Assembly (NCBI GenBank): GCA_001643675.2
Contig: LSRY02000067.1
Location: 62,001-126,000 of the forward strand
Source of the DNA: Monocercomonoides exilis PA203
Taxonomy: Eukaryota > Protista > Preaxostyla
DNA: 64,000 bases
Reading direction: 5' to 3'
Position 1 is the first letter of the stretch; each line of letters opens with the position of its first letter. A program made the position numbers and the translations under genes. Shown in pieces: positions 37,606-51,869 of the stretch. Below the pieces are notes generated by a model that was given only the letters and a program-made list of their open reading frames with translations, had not been told where the DNA came from and made no database searches.

Positions 37606-38950
37606 CTATTGTTCACCAAGTATTGTTTTTTGTGGAAGTCCAAAATAAACTGGCATTCTGTCTATGTTCATTATTCCACATTCACTTCCCTTTGTTTGTC
37701 TTGTTTTTCTTGTACATGAAAGCGGCAATGATTTGTTGTCCAATTTCACAATTTCGATCACTTTTTTGAAGCTTTCTTCAAAGATCTGGGACGTTGAAGG
37801 AGTTTTATGAAAATCATTCGCAAGCCCACTTTCTTTAAATGCAGAAAAAATGTTGATCGATGAAGAAACTTGCAGAATGGCATTCACTGCAACCTACAAA
37901 AGTTGTTCCATACTATCATGCGTTGAACCTGATCTTACCTGTTGAATTTGAAGTTTCCAAAGTGAAAAAATCAATAAATCCAATGACTGTAACAAGAGTG
38001 TTGTATTCGGAGGCAAAATTAAAAGCAAAATATTTTCATTAGCAAGACGAGTTAATACATTATCCGATAGGTGGATTCTGCAACCATCAAGAATCAACAC
38101 TGCCTGTGCGTGTTTATCTGGCAAAATCATTCTTTTGATGTTGACATGAGGAATGAAAAGTTTCTCAATCCAGTTTTCAAGCAACTCCTTTGTGAAATAA
38201 GACGAATTTCCGATTTCTTCTCAACCATGAATTCCGATTTGATAGCCTAGAGACCGAATGGATCTTGTGTTGAACGGTTTTTGCACCAGAAAACAAGGAG
38301 GGACAAAAGTACCATCAAGAGAAATACAATGAAGCAATGATAACCTTTTTTCTCCTTTGTCAACAGGCGTGTGATCAATTGCACGATTTTCATTTGTTCC
38401 GACTATAAGGTTCATCTTTCTTGTATCTTCATGCGCGTGATAGTCTGATTCATCAGCACAGAAGATCATGGATGAATATTTTCCACATACATATTGAACC
38501 AAATGATTTTTCCAGGTGATAATGCTTTGTTCCGATATTTTCATTCTTTTTTCTTCACTCACGCTTGAAGATTCGACCATCAATTCCTCGCAATGCCTTT
38601 TTATGAATGAAGAATGAAAATTGTGAGAAGGAGTTTTATGACAAACTTTTGCAACAACGGCTCTTAGCGTTTTCGGTGTGATTTGCTTTCTTTTATCTCT
38701 CAGATTTTTTAGTATTTCCATGACTCATTTTTCTTGCTTTCGAGTCATCAACATGTTTTTTTTGTCAATTTCCTTTTTCCTTATATATCCGGTTCGAATC
38801 TGACAGACAAGGCTCGGTGTGCAGTTGAGTGCCTTTGCAATTCGCACGTTAGAAGGAATTTTAACTTTTCTCATTTAGCAAGCGTTGAAGAAGGAACGAA
38901 TCAATGAAACTTTCGTTTTTGAAGTGTTTCGCAACCAGAATGATGAAATG
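37606..38950 (-). pseudogene. Decayed pogo/Tigger-like (DDE_1) transposase
   Basis: One frame with stops at 38875, 38725, 38221 and 37894. HTH-like NVRIAKALNCTPSLV and a CENP-B-like region. Catalytic motifs IFCADES, VLILDGCRIHLS, LPPNTTLLLQSLD. Confidence 0.85.
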
Positions 38951-39436
38951 AAGTGCAGGTCCAATTTTGGAATTAATCTTGTAAAAATGTTTCAAACGAA
39001 GATGAACTAAAAGTTGAAATAACGGAAGGCATTTCCAATAATAAGATAGTCAAATTTGTTTAACTGAAACAACCATAATAATTAAAGAATTATCGTTGGC
39101 AACAATTAACAATTAACATGAACGATGAGTGACTGAATCGAATTTAAAAAAAAAAACGAACTTTCAATTCAAAATCGGAATCAACAAATACACAAATATA
39201 AAATGTATTTTAAGGTTTTATTTTTTATCTTCAAAATCCTGTGACACACAAATTTATCATTTAGAATAAACAAATTGAATTTTCAATTCAGTTTGCTCAC
39301 TGTGATAAATATTTGCGAAGAAAATGCTTATTAATATTTCTTTATTTTTGATACTTTCTTAAGAATGAAAAGAAATTTTTAAATATTTTTCAGAAACCCA
39401 CAACAAGTATTTTTCCAATAAATTAAATATTTTTTG

Positions 39437-41954
39437 ATGGAAGAGAAGTGGTTTGAAACTTTATAGATGCGATTACTTAACTAAATTGTTGTTAGTAATA
39501 TTTATGGTTGTTCTTCACCTGCTCAACCAGTTTCACTTCAGTTTAATGACAAAAACATTTGTTCACATCATTTTTGCATTAATCATTTGAAAATAGCATT
39601 GGATTCTATTAACTCGGGGCCAAAGATGTGTCCTATGTGCCAGTGTGAAATTAATTAGATCATTTTTATGTTTTGCGTTATTTATTTGAAAAGTTCATAT
39701 CAACTGTTAAATCGAGGTCCAATGCAAGACATCTTGGAAGAAGAGAAATCACATTATCAAAATAAAAATGCTAATCTCGATCGGTCAGGTTTTCTTTAGC
39801 TATTTTTCTTCATCATATTACTATTTTTTCTCAGCTTCTGAGATAAAAAGTGAAAAAGAAAATTTGACTAAAAAAATAGAATCACTCGATAATGCCTTGG
39901 CACAGATTTCATTGCAAAAAGAAGTTAATCGTTTTCAAATTGAATGCATTGAGACAATTTTCCATCTTCAAGACGATATTGAAATCAATCGATCACTCAA
40001 TATCATGTCAACGAAAGGTAGACAGTTCGGAGAATAGTGTGTTTTATTTTTTTTTATTCAGCTTTCTATAAAATTGATTTTCCCCCATTTTTGTTTAAAA
40101 ATTTCTTTTTCATCTTTTATCATCTTTTCCAACATTCTACATTTTTTTTCCTTAAATGTGAATGACTTTTTTCATAAGTCTTTCATCAATTTTGTGGTTT
40201 TTGAAGAACCATCACAAGCTGCGGATTGAACAAAAAGTCGCTTTTCTTTCATCGTTTTGCGGAAATGCGCTTTCTGCGCCTGAAAAGGAAACTTCTTGGG
40301 ACACATATGTTTGAAGGAGAAACAGATTTAATTAGAAAAGGAAAAGAAAAAATATTAAAAAAAAAAATAGAGAAAAAGAAAGTAATTTTTTCATATTCAT
40401 TTTTTGCTTGATATTTATTTGTTTGACAGAAATTTTCTTTTATTTGCTTAAAAAATAAAAATTTCTTATTTTGATTATTTTCTTTGAAATTTTTCATGTT
40501 ATGCACATATTCCATTCATCTCTGCGTATTTTACTCTGTTTCCATATTTATCATTAATAAAAATCAGACTCAATCACAATTTTGTGTGCTTCTCGTGAAA
40601 ATGCTGGAGCAAAGCAAAGAAAACGAAGAAATATCCACACTCATTCTTGCCATTGCTGCTTATTTCTGCCAATTTCATGGTTTTTTATTTATTTCAAATT
40701 TATTAACATATTTATTAATTGTTTATTTCTTTTTATTTTCTTTGCATATTTCTTGATAAAATTTTGTTAACTTGAACACTATTTGTGCTTTATTTTCATT
40801 TTTCTTCTTTTTCTTTTTCTTTTTCTTTATTCTTTTTTCCTTTGACAATCAGATTCATTCACAACATGTTTTGAGAATGAAACAAATTTGATTGCAATTT
40901 GCCAATCTTTCGTTGAAAGTGTTTCATCATCATCATCTTCCTCCTCTTCTTCTTCCTCTTCTTCTTCCTCTCCTCTTCAAATGTTATCATCAGCTTCGTT
41001 TGTCTCTCTGCAGTATTACTCGCTTTTGTGCTTGACAATATTTTCTGCGTCTGGTTTGTTTCTTTTCGCATCGGAAAATCTTTCGAAAAATAAAAAAAAA
41101 TAAAATAAAAAATTATTTTTTTTTAATGTTTTTATTTGATTCTTTTTCAACAAATATTCTATTTTTATTCGTTTTCTTCTTCTTCTTCTTCTTCTTCTTT
41201 GGGTTTTTTTTTTATTAATTTATTTTATTTGTTATTTTTTTGAAATTTATTTTATTTTATTTTTTTATTTTTTATGATTTCATTGATCAATCAACTTTCT
41301 GTCTATTTTATTTTTGCAGCGTCTGTCAGAGAAGTTCTCTCCACTCCAGCGCTTTTGTCGAGTCTCTGCTTCATTTTGCTTCCCGATCCATCAACAATGT
41401 ATGAACAATTCAAAATTACTATGAATAAAAAAATTCGATATTTATTTATATTTTATTTTTATTTTATTTTTATTTTATTTTTATTTTATTTATTTGCTAT
41501 CTTGTAATTTGAAATATTCGTTATGAAATAAAATATTTTATTTATTTGTTGTTAATAATTATTTAATTAAACCAAATCGATTTATTTATTTATTTATTTG
41601 AAATATATTTCTTCCTCTCTTTATAATTTATTCTCTCTCTCTCTCTCTGTCTCTCTCAATCTCTCAATCTCTATCTCTATCTATTTATTTATTCCCTCAT
41701 CTCCCAAACAACAACCCAGCCCTCCTTCTCTTCTTTCCCATCAGCCAAATGTATTCATCGATGCCAAATTGCGTGCCTCAGAAGCGCTTTGGATGCTCTC
41801 CACAACACAAAAGACGAAAGAGGCCGTAAAAAATATTCCGATTTTCAGTCATCTTCTTGCAGTTTGCTCGGCAGCAGCGCAATTTCTGGAGAGAAGAGGG
41901 AGTTCGATGAATGCAGCATTACAGAATCAAAATGCTCATTCTATTTCTTCTTCT

Positions 41955-41989
<35 letters not shown>

Positions 41990-43343
41990 ATTTTTTGAGG
42001 TTAATGCAGAAGATGAAAGAACAAAGGAAAAAAGCAGAGAATTGCTAAATAACATTTTGGTGACTTTTGGATATTTGACAAGAGACGGTTTGTCTGAGAA
42101 AGAAACAACATTTTGAATGAATAAATACGTTTTCATTACATCTTTTTTAAACTATTGTTAAAATTGTTTTTTTAAAAGTTATTTTGATTGGATTATTTTT
42201 TATTTGAATGTTTTTCTTTTCTTTTTTAATTTTTCTTTTTCATTTTTGATTTCTCATTTTCTTCTTCTTCTTCTTCTTCTATTTCTTTTGTTATTCTCTT
42301 TCGAATTATTCACATTTTATTCTGAAATTTTAAATTAAAAATGTATGTTTTATTTTTCTATCTTATTCAGATGAAAACAAAGAGATTATGAGAAACACAT
42401 CTGGCTTGCAGATAATCACAACCATTTTGCAATATTTTATTCCGAAACTGCCTTCAACATCTTCTTCTTCCTCTTCTTCTTCTTCTCCTTCCCCTTCTCC
42501 TTCTTCGTCTTTTGCATTTCTTCATCCAAGTGAAAAGGAGATCGCAATGAATTTGCTGAGGATTATTTGGAATTGCGCTTCAAACGGTATTTTTATCGAT
42601 TGCTTTGTTGTTTTCTCTCTCTCTCTCTCTTTTTTTTTTCATTTATTCATTTTTTCTAAACTGTTTCAACAATATATCTTCTTTTTATTTTTTTTCCAAA
42701 ACTCATCTTTGTTTATTTATTTATTCATCATAAAAATTCTTTTTTTTTCAAATTTTTATTTCTTCTTCCTCCTCCTCCTCTTCAATGTTTGCACACAAAA
42801 TCAGCCCAAAACAAAGTAACCATTCGAGAATTAGGCTGCTTAAGTGGCTTAGCTCGCCTGTTAACAATGCTAACCTCAGATATTTCTTCTTCTTTCTCCT
42901 CTTCTGATCCATTTTCGGTCATGTCAAACAAACGCCAATTGAATGAAATGAGGGAGAAAAGAGGAAATAACTTTGCCGGCGGAGAAATGGGAGATAATTT
43001 TTATGATGGGCGCGGAGGAGAGGAGAAGCAAGAAGAAAGCGAAACAGACGAAATACTTGCGATTTTGACAGGAGCTATTTGGAATTGTGCGGTTGATGGT
43101 TTGTGAATGAGAAATTATGAATACTTTCTTTGTTTTAGTGAGTATTAATGAAAAAAAGAGTAAAGTATAATGAGGGTTAAGAGATGGTTTATCATCGAAA
43201 AAGAAAGAGAGAAGTCATTTTTATGAACTTATTTTAAAAAAGTTTTAAATGTTTTAAAAAATTACTGATCAAATTTTCATTATTTCATTTTGTTTCATCT
43301 TTATATATTAAAAAAATATGTAATATCTCTCTCTCTCTCTCTC

Positions 43344-43374
<31 letters not shown>

Positions 43375-43409
43375 CTCTTTCTCTCTCTTTCTCTCTCTTT
43401 CTCTCTCTT

Positions 43410-43462
<53 letters not shown>

Positions 43463-46400
43463 CTGGTTTATTATTCAATCAACCAAAATAGATTTGTCAA
43501 AAGTTGCACTGAATGAATTGGGAGCTGCTGAACCTTTAGTTAAATTGCTTGTTTGCTATTTTTGCTTTTATTATTCACAAATAAATAACTAAATTTTCTT
43601 TTGCAATGTTTTTCGAATCATATTCGTTTTTATTTTCTGATTTCAATCATTTATTTCCATTCAACAAACAATTTTTTTATTTGTTATTTCATCTGTTCCA
43701 ACACACCTAATTAAGCATTCTTCAAATGAGCATATTTTGGAAAACGTGACAGGAACATTATGGAATATATCAGCTGTTGGTTTGCTTCAATATAAATGTT
43801 ATGGCTGAAGGATATTTATTGTATTTTTTTAATTATATTTTCCTTTTTTATTATTTTCTTCACATTATAAAAATTATTTGCACATCATTGTTGAAAATTC
43901 ATAACTCTTCTATTTATTTATGTGTCAATAATTTTTTATTTTTTCCTTTAATTTTTCTTTATTTTATTTTCTTTATTTATTCCATTTTCGTGCCAATATT
44001 CTTGCTTGTTTTTTATTAATCAGCGGATGTTCGTGTTTCTCTCCGCAAACTCGATGGTTTTCGTCTTCTTCTTTCCATTTTGGATTTCGAAGCAGATTTC
44101 ATTTCACCCTTTTCTCTTCCGCCTTCTTCGCTTTCTTCCATTGCTGCTTATCAAATGCAGCAAAACAAACAATTTTCTTCTTCTTCTTCTATTTCCTCTT
44201 CTTCTTCCTCTTCTTCTATTTCTTCTTCTTCTTCTTCTTCTTTCCTCTCCACCCCCACACGCAACCAGATAGCTACCACTTCTGGCAATGTTACTGCAAA
44301 TTCAATGAAAAACAAGAAAAACGAAGAAGAAATGAACGAAAGGGAGAGTAAAATGGAAGAGGAAAACGCAGAAGCATCGGGGAAACGGGGAAAAAGAAGC
44401 AAAAATGAAGAAGACTTACTTAGAAAATGGACAATTGCGAATAATATTCTGGGCGTTTTGAGGAATTGCATTGTGAATGGTATATATGAAAATCTGTTTC
44501 AATTATTTTTTGAGTAAAAAAAAGATAAACAAGCATTGTGATTTAAGTTATTTATGAGGAAAAAATAAAAATAGCATTGTTTGTTTGTGAGGAAAATGAA
44601 ATATAAGTCGTTTTATTTTTTATTTTTCAAATTATTTATTTTGGAATTTAAATGTTTTGTAACTTTAATATTTTTTCTTTCTAAATTTTATCTTCTCTTC
44701 TCTTCTCTAATCACAGACCAAAACAAAGTGGCCTTCAATGAATTGAATGGATTTGAAAGGGTTGCTTTTCTGCTTCATCCTCAATCCACTTTTGACTCAC
44801 TCGAAAAAGTGCTTTCGGTTATCTGGATTGGCACATTGAATGGTTTGTTTGAGAAGATTAAATTGAATGTTATGTTTTTTGGATTGAAAGGATAAGAAAT
44901 ATTTAAAGAAAGAAATTTTTAATAAATTTGAAGAAAAATATTTTTGAAGTTGCATTGTTTAAATTGGTTTTTTAATCACTGTTTTTTTTATAATATTTCA
45001 TCATTATTTTTTTTTTAAAAAATCAAATGATTGCTTATTATTTTCTTTCTCTTTCTTTTTATTTTATTTAATTTTCTTTTCTTTCTCAGTCGACAATCGG
45101 AATTTATTACCAACATCGCCAATACTTTCCCGACTTCTAATTCTTTTAGATTCTGTTTTGTTCACTTCATTACAATCATCATCTTCTTCTCCTTCTTCCT
45201 CTTCTTCTTCTTCTTCCTCTTCTTCCAATCCAATTCAATCTCTTGACACGCAAACTGTTTTGTCATTCTCAGAGAAAATTTTGGGCTCACTCAGAAATTA
45301 TTCCTCTGTTGGTATGTCTATTGCGTATTTTTGATGAATTTGATGGGAGAATAAAAAATAAATTGAAATTAGAAAATATTAATTTTTGTATCAATTTTTA
45401 TCTTTTTGTTTATTTTATTCGAAATTTTTGTTTTAAATCGTCTTTTTTTTAAACAAAAAAAATTATTTTTCTTTTTTTTTAATCCTTTTTTATTTTCTTT
45501 TCTATTTTCCATTTATCATTTGACTTCAACCAGCTTCAAACAAAATCACCATTTTAGAGCATTCTGGGATGGAATTACTCACAAAAATCATCAGCATTCC
45601 TTTTGAAGCAAAAAGTGAATTAACTTCTTCTTCTTCCTCTTCCTCTTCCTCTTCCTCTTCTTCATTTTCTCATCCAATCAATCAAACAATTGTGGAATAT
45701 GCCTCTGCCACTATTTGGAATCTCGCTCGAAATGGTATGCGAAGAAATATTATTTTTCAAAGATAAAAAAATTGATTTTAATTTTATATTTTATATTATT
45801 ATTATTTTTGCATTAACCTTCGAATGTTATGTCCTTTGTCATTCTTTTTTTATTTTATTTAAAAATATTTTTTTTTTTTGAAATTTTTTTAAAACTCTTT
45901 TAATTTCTTTTCATATTATTTATTTATTTATTTATTTAATATCCTAATATTTTTTCCCCTCCTTTCCTCAGAGCAAGCCAAAGACCACGCCCGGCGCATA
46001 GGCACAATCGATGCTCTTTTGCAGCTTTTGAAAGAATCTCTTAGTCAACTGTCTTCTTCTAATGATAACACAACTTCTTCTTCCTCCTCCTCTTCGTCTT
46101 CTTCTTCTCTGTTTCCATTGAATGATTCGTCGTTAGAAGTCATTTTGGGAGCATTGCTTAGCTTGAGTGTTAATGGTGTGATTAAATACACTTTTAACAG
46201 ATGGAATGGGTAAAAAAAAAATTTTTTTGTCTTATTTTATTCTTTCATTTGGAATGAAACTTATCAATCATTTTTTTTTAACTTCTTTTTTTATAAATGA
46301 AAAAATTATTTCTTTTTCTTCTTCTTCACATTTCTTTTCTTTTTTTTTTCTTCTTCTTTTCCCAAATTTTCATCTGAATTTTCAGCAACCAACAAACAAT

Positions 46401-47642
46401 ACATGCTCACACACAACGGACTCAACATTGTCTCTTCGTATTTGGTTACTCATTCTCCTTCTTTCCTTCCTTCTTCTCAAGTCCCATTTCCTTCTTCTTC
46501 TTCTTCTTCTTCCTCCTCCTCATCATCATCATCTTCTTCTTCTTCTTCTTCTTCTTCTCAAAATCAATGGACTTGTTCATTTCCTTCTCAAACTGCTCCA
46601 TTTGTGCTCGAAAATGCTTTGGCCACTCTCAAAAACTGCGCTGCTAACAGTTTGCTTTGCTTTGCTTTGCTTTTCTAATCTTTTTGTTTATTTTCAATCA
46701 TTTTTTTTCTTTTTGAATTAAATTTGTTATTTTTTTTTCATTTTTTTTTCCAATTGTTTTTTTTCCAACCATTTTATCCTTCTTTTCAAATTAATACTCA
46801 TTCTAATCAAACATTTCCATTTATTTCATCTATTTTTTTATTTACATCATGTTTTCGTCCTTTTTAAAACCTTTGATTTAATTTCATCTGTTTCCTCTTT
46901 TTTCTTCAATTTCCTCTCTTTTTCCTCTTTTTCCTCTCTCAACAATCAGAAACCAATGCCCAGTCTCTCTGTTCTTCTGCTCTTCTTCGTCTCATTCGCC
47001 CTCTTTTGCGTTCCTGCTGTCCGCCTTCGATCGTCTCAGAAGCGCTTTTCTTGCTCAGAAACATTGCTTTGCTCGATACGAATAAGCCGGTGCTGAGTAT
47101 GTGATAAAGAAAGAGAGAAAGAGAAGAGAAGAGAAGAACAGAGAAGAAAAAGGAAAGGTGAATGAGAAGTTCCAAAAAAAATCACTAATTGTTTTTCATT
47201 TTTAATATTCTATTTGTTTAATAACAAATGCTAAAATTCAAAAATATTTATTTATTTTCAAAAAAATTTTTTTTCTTTTCTTTTGTTTTTATTTTTTATT
47301 TATTTATTTATTTATTTTAAATTTTATTTAATTATTCGAATAGTACAAGAGCAATTCCTTCAGCCTCTTCTTTCTCTTTCTCTCACTGCCCTTTCGCCTG
47401 CTGTTGCCAAAGTCGCCAATGACATCGTCACTTCACTCACAACAAACGGTATGATATGAAATAATATTTATTTATTTATTTATTTACAAAATTTTATCAA
47501 ATATTTTAATATTTATTTATTTATTAATAATCAATATGTATTTATTATCATTATTTGTATTTTTTACTTCTTTTTCATATTTTCAGATGAATGCAGACAA
47601 CTTGTTCAACAATATGCGCCTCAACTTCTTCCTTCTTCGTGA
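39437..47642 (+). CDS. Multi-exon RING-finger + armadillo-repeat protein (putative E3 ligase)
   Basis: ATG 39437 and intron 39451-39495 give MEEKCNIYGC...CSHHFCINH...CPMC (RING-like). Later GT-AG-bounded exons encode ARM helix-3 motifs (ASEALWMLS, LLRIIWNCASN, LTGAIWNCAVD, VTGTLWNISA, LGVLRNCIVN, ASATIWNLARN, LATLKNCAAN). Stop TGA 47640-47642. Some internal exon edges are uncertain. Confidence 0.8.
43326..43453. repeat. Intronic (CT)n/(CTTT) compound microsatellite
   Basis: Directly visible pyrimidine tract inside an intron of the ARM gene. Confidence 0.95.
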
Positions 47643-48852
47643 AGATTTTAAGTCAACTTTTTGGAAATGATAGCAAGAAAGAGAGAAACCGATGTATTTT
47701 ATGTTGATAGGATATTTATATTTTGATAGTCATTTTTCATTTTTCATTTTTTCAAAAAGTGTTCATGTTTAGAATAGAAATTGTATCAAAAAAAAAATTA
47801 TGTTTTTATCCATTTGAAATTGATATAAAGAAAAAGAATTGAATTTAATTTTTAAATTGAAAAAGATCATTTTATAGCAGAAATAACCTTGAACAATATG
47901 TTTGTAATTTTTATTAACATTATTGAATGAATGAAAGAGTACAAAATTCACATTGAAAGCTCAATAGCAACAAGTTTAACATGAACAAATTTAAAATTAT
48001 ATGAGAAATGCGAAATACAAAAAAAAATAAATTGGATTTATCTTTTCATCAAAATATAAAATGGCAACTTGAAAGAATCGATGTGAAAATAATTTATTTT
48101 TTATTTCTTCGAACAAAAAAATAAAACGAAAGATCAAAAAATTAAAAAATAAAAAAAGAAATTAGGCTATAAAGAAACAAAATGCGAAGAACGGACAATA
48201 TAAATGATATCATAATAATAAGAACAGATTTCCTTTCTTTTTCTTTCTTTTTCTTTTTCTTTCAGAATTTTGTATTTCATATTCTATCAAAATAAACAAA
48301 TAAAAAGTTTAAAAAATTAAAAATAAAAACATTAATAAAAAAAATGAGAAGTGAGAGAACAAGAAAAGAATTTGCAGTAAACAAAAGATAGCATTCCCGT
48401 GTTTCTATTCACATCAAATTGAACAGATAATTCACAGACATCAACAGCACTCAACATCTTTTATTTATACTTTTATTCTTTTATTTTATTCTTTTATTTT
48501 TTCCTTTCAGTTCTGAGTGAAATTTTCTCATCTGATTGATAGAAAGATATTAAAGAGAAAATAATAACATGAAATAAAATAGGTTAGTTAGATAAATGAA
48601 TTATGGAAATAAAAAAGAAGAGAGAGAAAATATGATTAAAATCAATTGAAATACCAAAAAAAGTTCAAAATATTCAAATAAATATCAAATATAATTATCT
48701 TTTTTTCATTTACCTCAAATATATTATTTCTTTCTTTCTCCTTTCATTCTTTATATTTTTATTATTATTTCTTATCATTTCCATTCATTTTTCCACAACA
48801 AAACATACCACAAACCTCAACATTTTATTTCAATTTTTTTTTTATTTTTTTT

Positions 48853-51800
48853 TTACTTTGCATCTCCATCTGCCCTTCTAAACAGCCCCAAAACCTCTTC
48901 ACTCAGCAAAAATCCGCAGTTCGCACACACAAACGCATCGCAATCAGCAAACAATTTTTCTTCCTCCGGTGAAGGAAACAGCGACAGCACCAGATGAAAC
49001 ACAAACTGAATCTCCATCTTCAGGTTCTTCACAGCCTGCGCTGGGTTGTTTGTATCCATCCGAATCAGCGTCGGAGCAAATATCAACGCTAAATTCGATG
49101 CATTCATCCTGTTTGCATCAACATTCGACGGATGCGCTACCACCCTCAGCAACCTGCACAAGTACTTCAAAAGCGCTCTGTTTGTGGGCGGCACGGCGCT
49201 CTCCACAAACGCGACGCATTTCTCCGGCGACTCCGCTGCCACTGCCAACGCTGCATCATACAGAGTGAACGGGATAAGCGGATCTGTCAGCCGCTTCAGC
49301 CACGTCTTCAGCAGCACCGCAAACAAGTGCGGGTTTTGCGACGACAGCGTGTATTCTCCCTTGTTCAGATGCCTCACACTTGCCTCTGTCTCATCGATTG
49401 TTATGCACTTTCGAAAAACTCCCTCACAGCGCAGTCCTCCAACAGCCATCAGCTTCACAGAGAGGTAGAGACACACCACAGGGACGGGGATGTCGCTTTC
49501 GCTGTGCACAGAAAGAGAAGAGAGGAAGGAGGTTTTCTCTTCAGATGAGAGAAGACGGATGGTTGAGTTGGATGAGGAAGAAGAAAGAGAAGTGGAAGAG
49601 TAAATGAAGTGTTGTGACTGCTGCCTCAGCAGCATCTCGTTCAGCGAGCACGAAAACACTCTCTTTGTCGACGTGATGTTCGCCAGCTCGTTCATCTGCT
49701 CCTCACTCACTTTCTCCCTCCCCCTCCCCTTCCCTTCACCCCCAAACAGCGTCGTGTTCTGCAGGCGATTCAGCGCATACTGTGCCAGCACACTCACTTT
49801 TGACAGATGGCTTCCCAATTCTTCCTCTCTTCCTTCTTCAAACTGCCTCTTATCTCCTCCTCTTCCTCCTCCTCTTCCTTCATCTTTCTCTTCTCCCTCT
49901 CTCTTCTCCTCCTTGTTTCCCTCACTCAGCCCTCCTCCTTCCTCCATAGCGCTGTCCAGATGCGACAGAAGCGTCTTCTCAATGTCCCTCGACGGCGCAA
50001 ACGCATCACAGCACAGCACCAGCAGCTGCCACCCCCTCTCAATCGCCTCCATCTGCTCTCTTTCCTCTTTCCTCCTCTTCTCCATCTTCTTCTCCTTCTC
50101 CTCGCTTTTCTCTACCCCTGCATTCCGCTTCCCCGTCAGCGTCTTCCGCAGTGAGGGAGTTGGGTTTGTCTGCTTGCACAGCTGGAGATAGATCTCGTCC
50201 CTTAATTCGGGTGTGGCTGTTCCCCTTCCGATGATCCGCTGCGCTGCCATCTTCATCGCAAACGTCACAACAGGGGCAGATGAAGATGTGGAAGAAGAAG
50301 ATGAGGAGGAGGAGGAGGAGGAAAATGAAGAAGTGGAAGAGGAAGAGGACAAACCAGAGGAGGAAGAAGAAGAAGAAGAAAAGTTCAAATCGGCTGATGT
50401 CAAACTGGACGATGACGATGACCGCTCCTTCATCTGCTTCATTCCTGTGTAGATGAGAATATCCTCAAAGTTCTTCAGCGCCTCCTTCGCCTGGTTCTTC
50501 TTGAACATCGTTTCCTTCAGCAGCGGCTTCGACAGCGCTTCTCTTTGAAATGCCATCAGCTCATCCAGCGGAATCGCCTTCTTCAGAAACAGAAAACCCG
50601 TCTGGTGCTTCGCAAAATGCTCCTTCGCAAATCCTTCGATTTTGAATGAGTGGATTTCAGCTTTCAGATTTGGAGGAAGAGCACGCAGCGGCGCACCAAT
50701 AGCGCCCCCACCGCTTGCCAGCAATGATGAGGAGGAGGATGATGATAACGACGAGAAGGAAGAAGAGAAAGGGAATGAAAAAGATGAGGAGCCTGCCCCA
50801 CCTCGCGCCAGCTGCCCAGAACCAGCGCCTGTACCAAATCCAGTGCCTGTGCCTGTCCCCATGCCCATCTCTGTGCCTGCCTCAGTGCCAGAACCCATGC
50901 CCAGCCCAGGCACCGGCCCCATGATGTGCACCGAGTGCCGCGAGCGGTGTGTCGGGGGAAGGGAGCTGCAGCCTCCCTGAGCCGTCGCAGCAGACAGAGC
51001 AGAGTGCGAAGCTTGCACAAACGAGTCGTCGGCTGCGCGTATTGGAAGCAGCGAAACTGTGCCGGGCAGACTCGTCTCGTACGATACGGTGTGCTGTGCA
51101 GGCAGCTTGGACAGCGTTATGACAGAAGAGGAAGGATGAGAAGCAGTACTCGTGGTGTTGATGTTCGAAATTTCCCCGCTTGAAGCAGATTTAGACTCAG
51201 AATTTGACTGGGAAATAAAAGTTGGAGTAGCTTTTCCACTGTGAGGAGGTGAATGTTCAGGAACTGGAGAAGATGATTTTGATGGAGGAGCAGATTGAGC
51301 AGGAGTGGTTGGCGTGGGTGTTCTGTTAGGCTGTGCGCTGTTATCCCTTTGATTTGTTGCTGCTCCGTGATTAACTTTTTTTGAAACTTATTTTTATTAT
51401 AATTTTTGAATAGTTAATAGTTTGTTCAATAAAAAAAAATAATCCTAAAAATTGTCAATACCAGTTCCAGTTTCATCTGTTGGAAATTTCCATGTTGATT
51501 TTTGCAACTGCTTGTTAACATAGTATGTTCTCTTACTCTTTTCATCAAATTTAGCTTTAAAGTTTTAATTTTTAGAAATTTCGAAAAAAAAAATAAATTT
51601 TTATAAAAAAAACCTTCCCATCCTGGTGGTAATTTGGGTTTTTCTTCTTCAACAATTTCTTTTTGTGGTGCAGGAAGAATAGCAGCTTTTTCGTTTTTCG
51701 GCTTTTCCCAAGACACTTCTTTTGTTTTCACATGATAATCTTTCACAAAAATGCGGTCATAGCAAAATTACAGAACAAAATAACATTTGAAAAAAGTGAG

Positions 51801-51869
51801 CATACAATATGTACGTTTTGTTTTTGGATCGATAGCCGTTTTCCAACCTGAAGGAAGATCGTTTTCCAT
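48853..51869 (-). CDS. ARHGAP39: WW-WW-MyTH4-RhoGAP protein (ARHGAP39/Vilse-like)
   Basis: ATG 51869. Spliced WW1 LPSGWKTAIDPKTKRTYYYHVKTKEVSWEKP and WW2 LPPGWE..FDEKSKRTYYVNKQLQKSTWKFP. MyTH4 motifs LSKPLL, LRDEIYLQLCKQT, RGWQLL. RhoGAP motifs EGVFR (arginine finger), LLKTWLKRLTDPLIP, NRMNASNLALIFAPTL. The symbol reflects domain architecture, not proven orthology. Confidence 0.8.
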
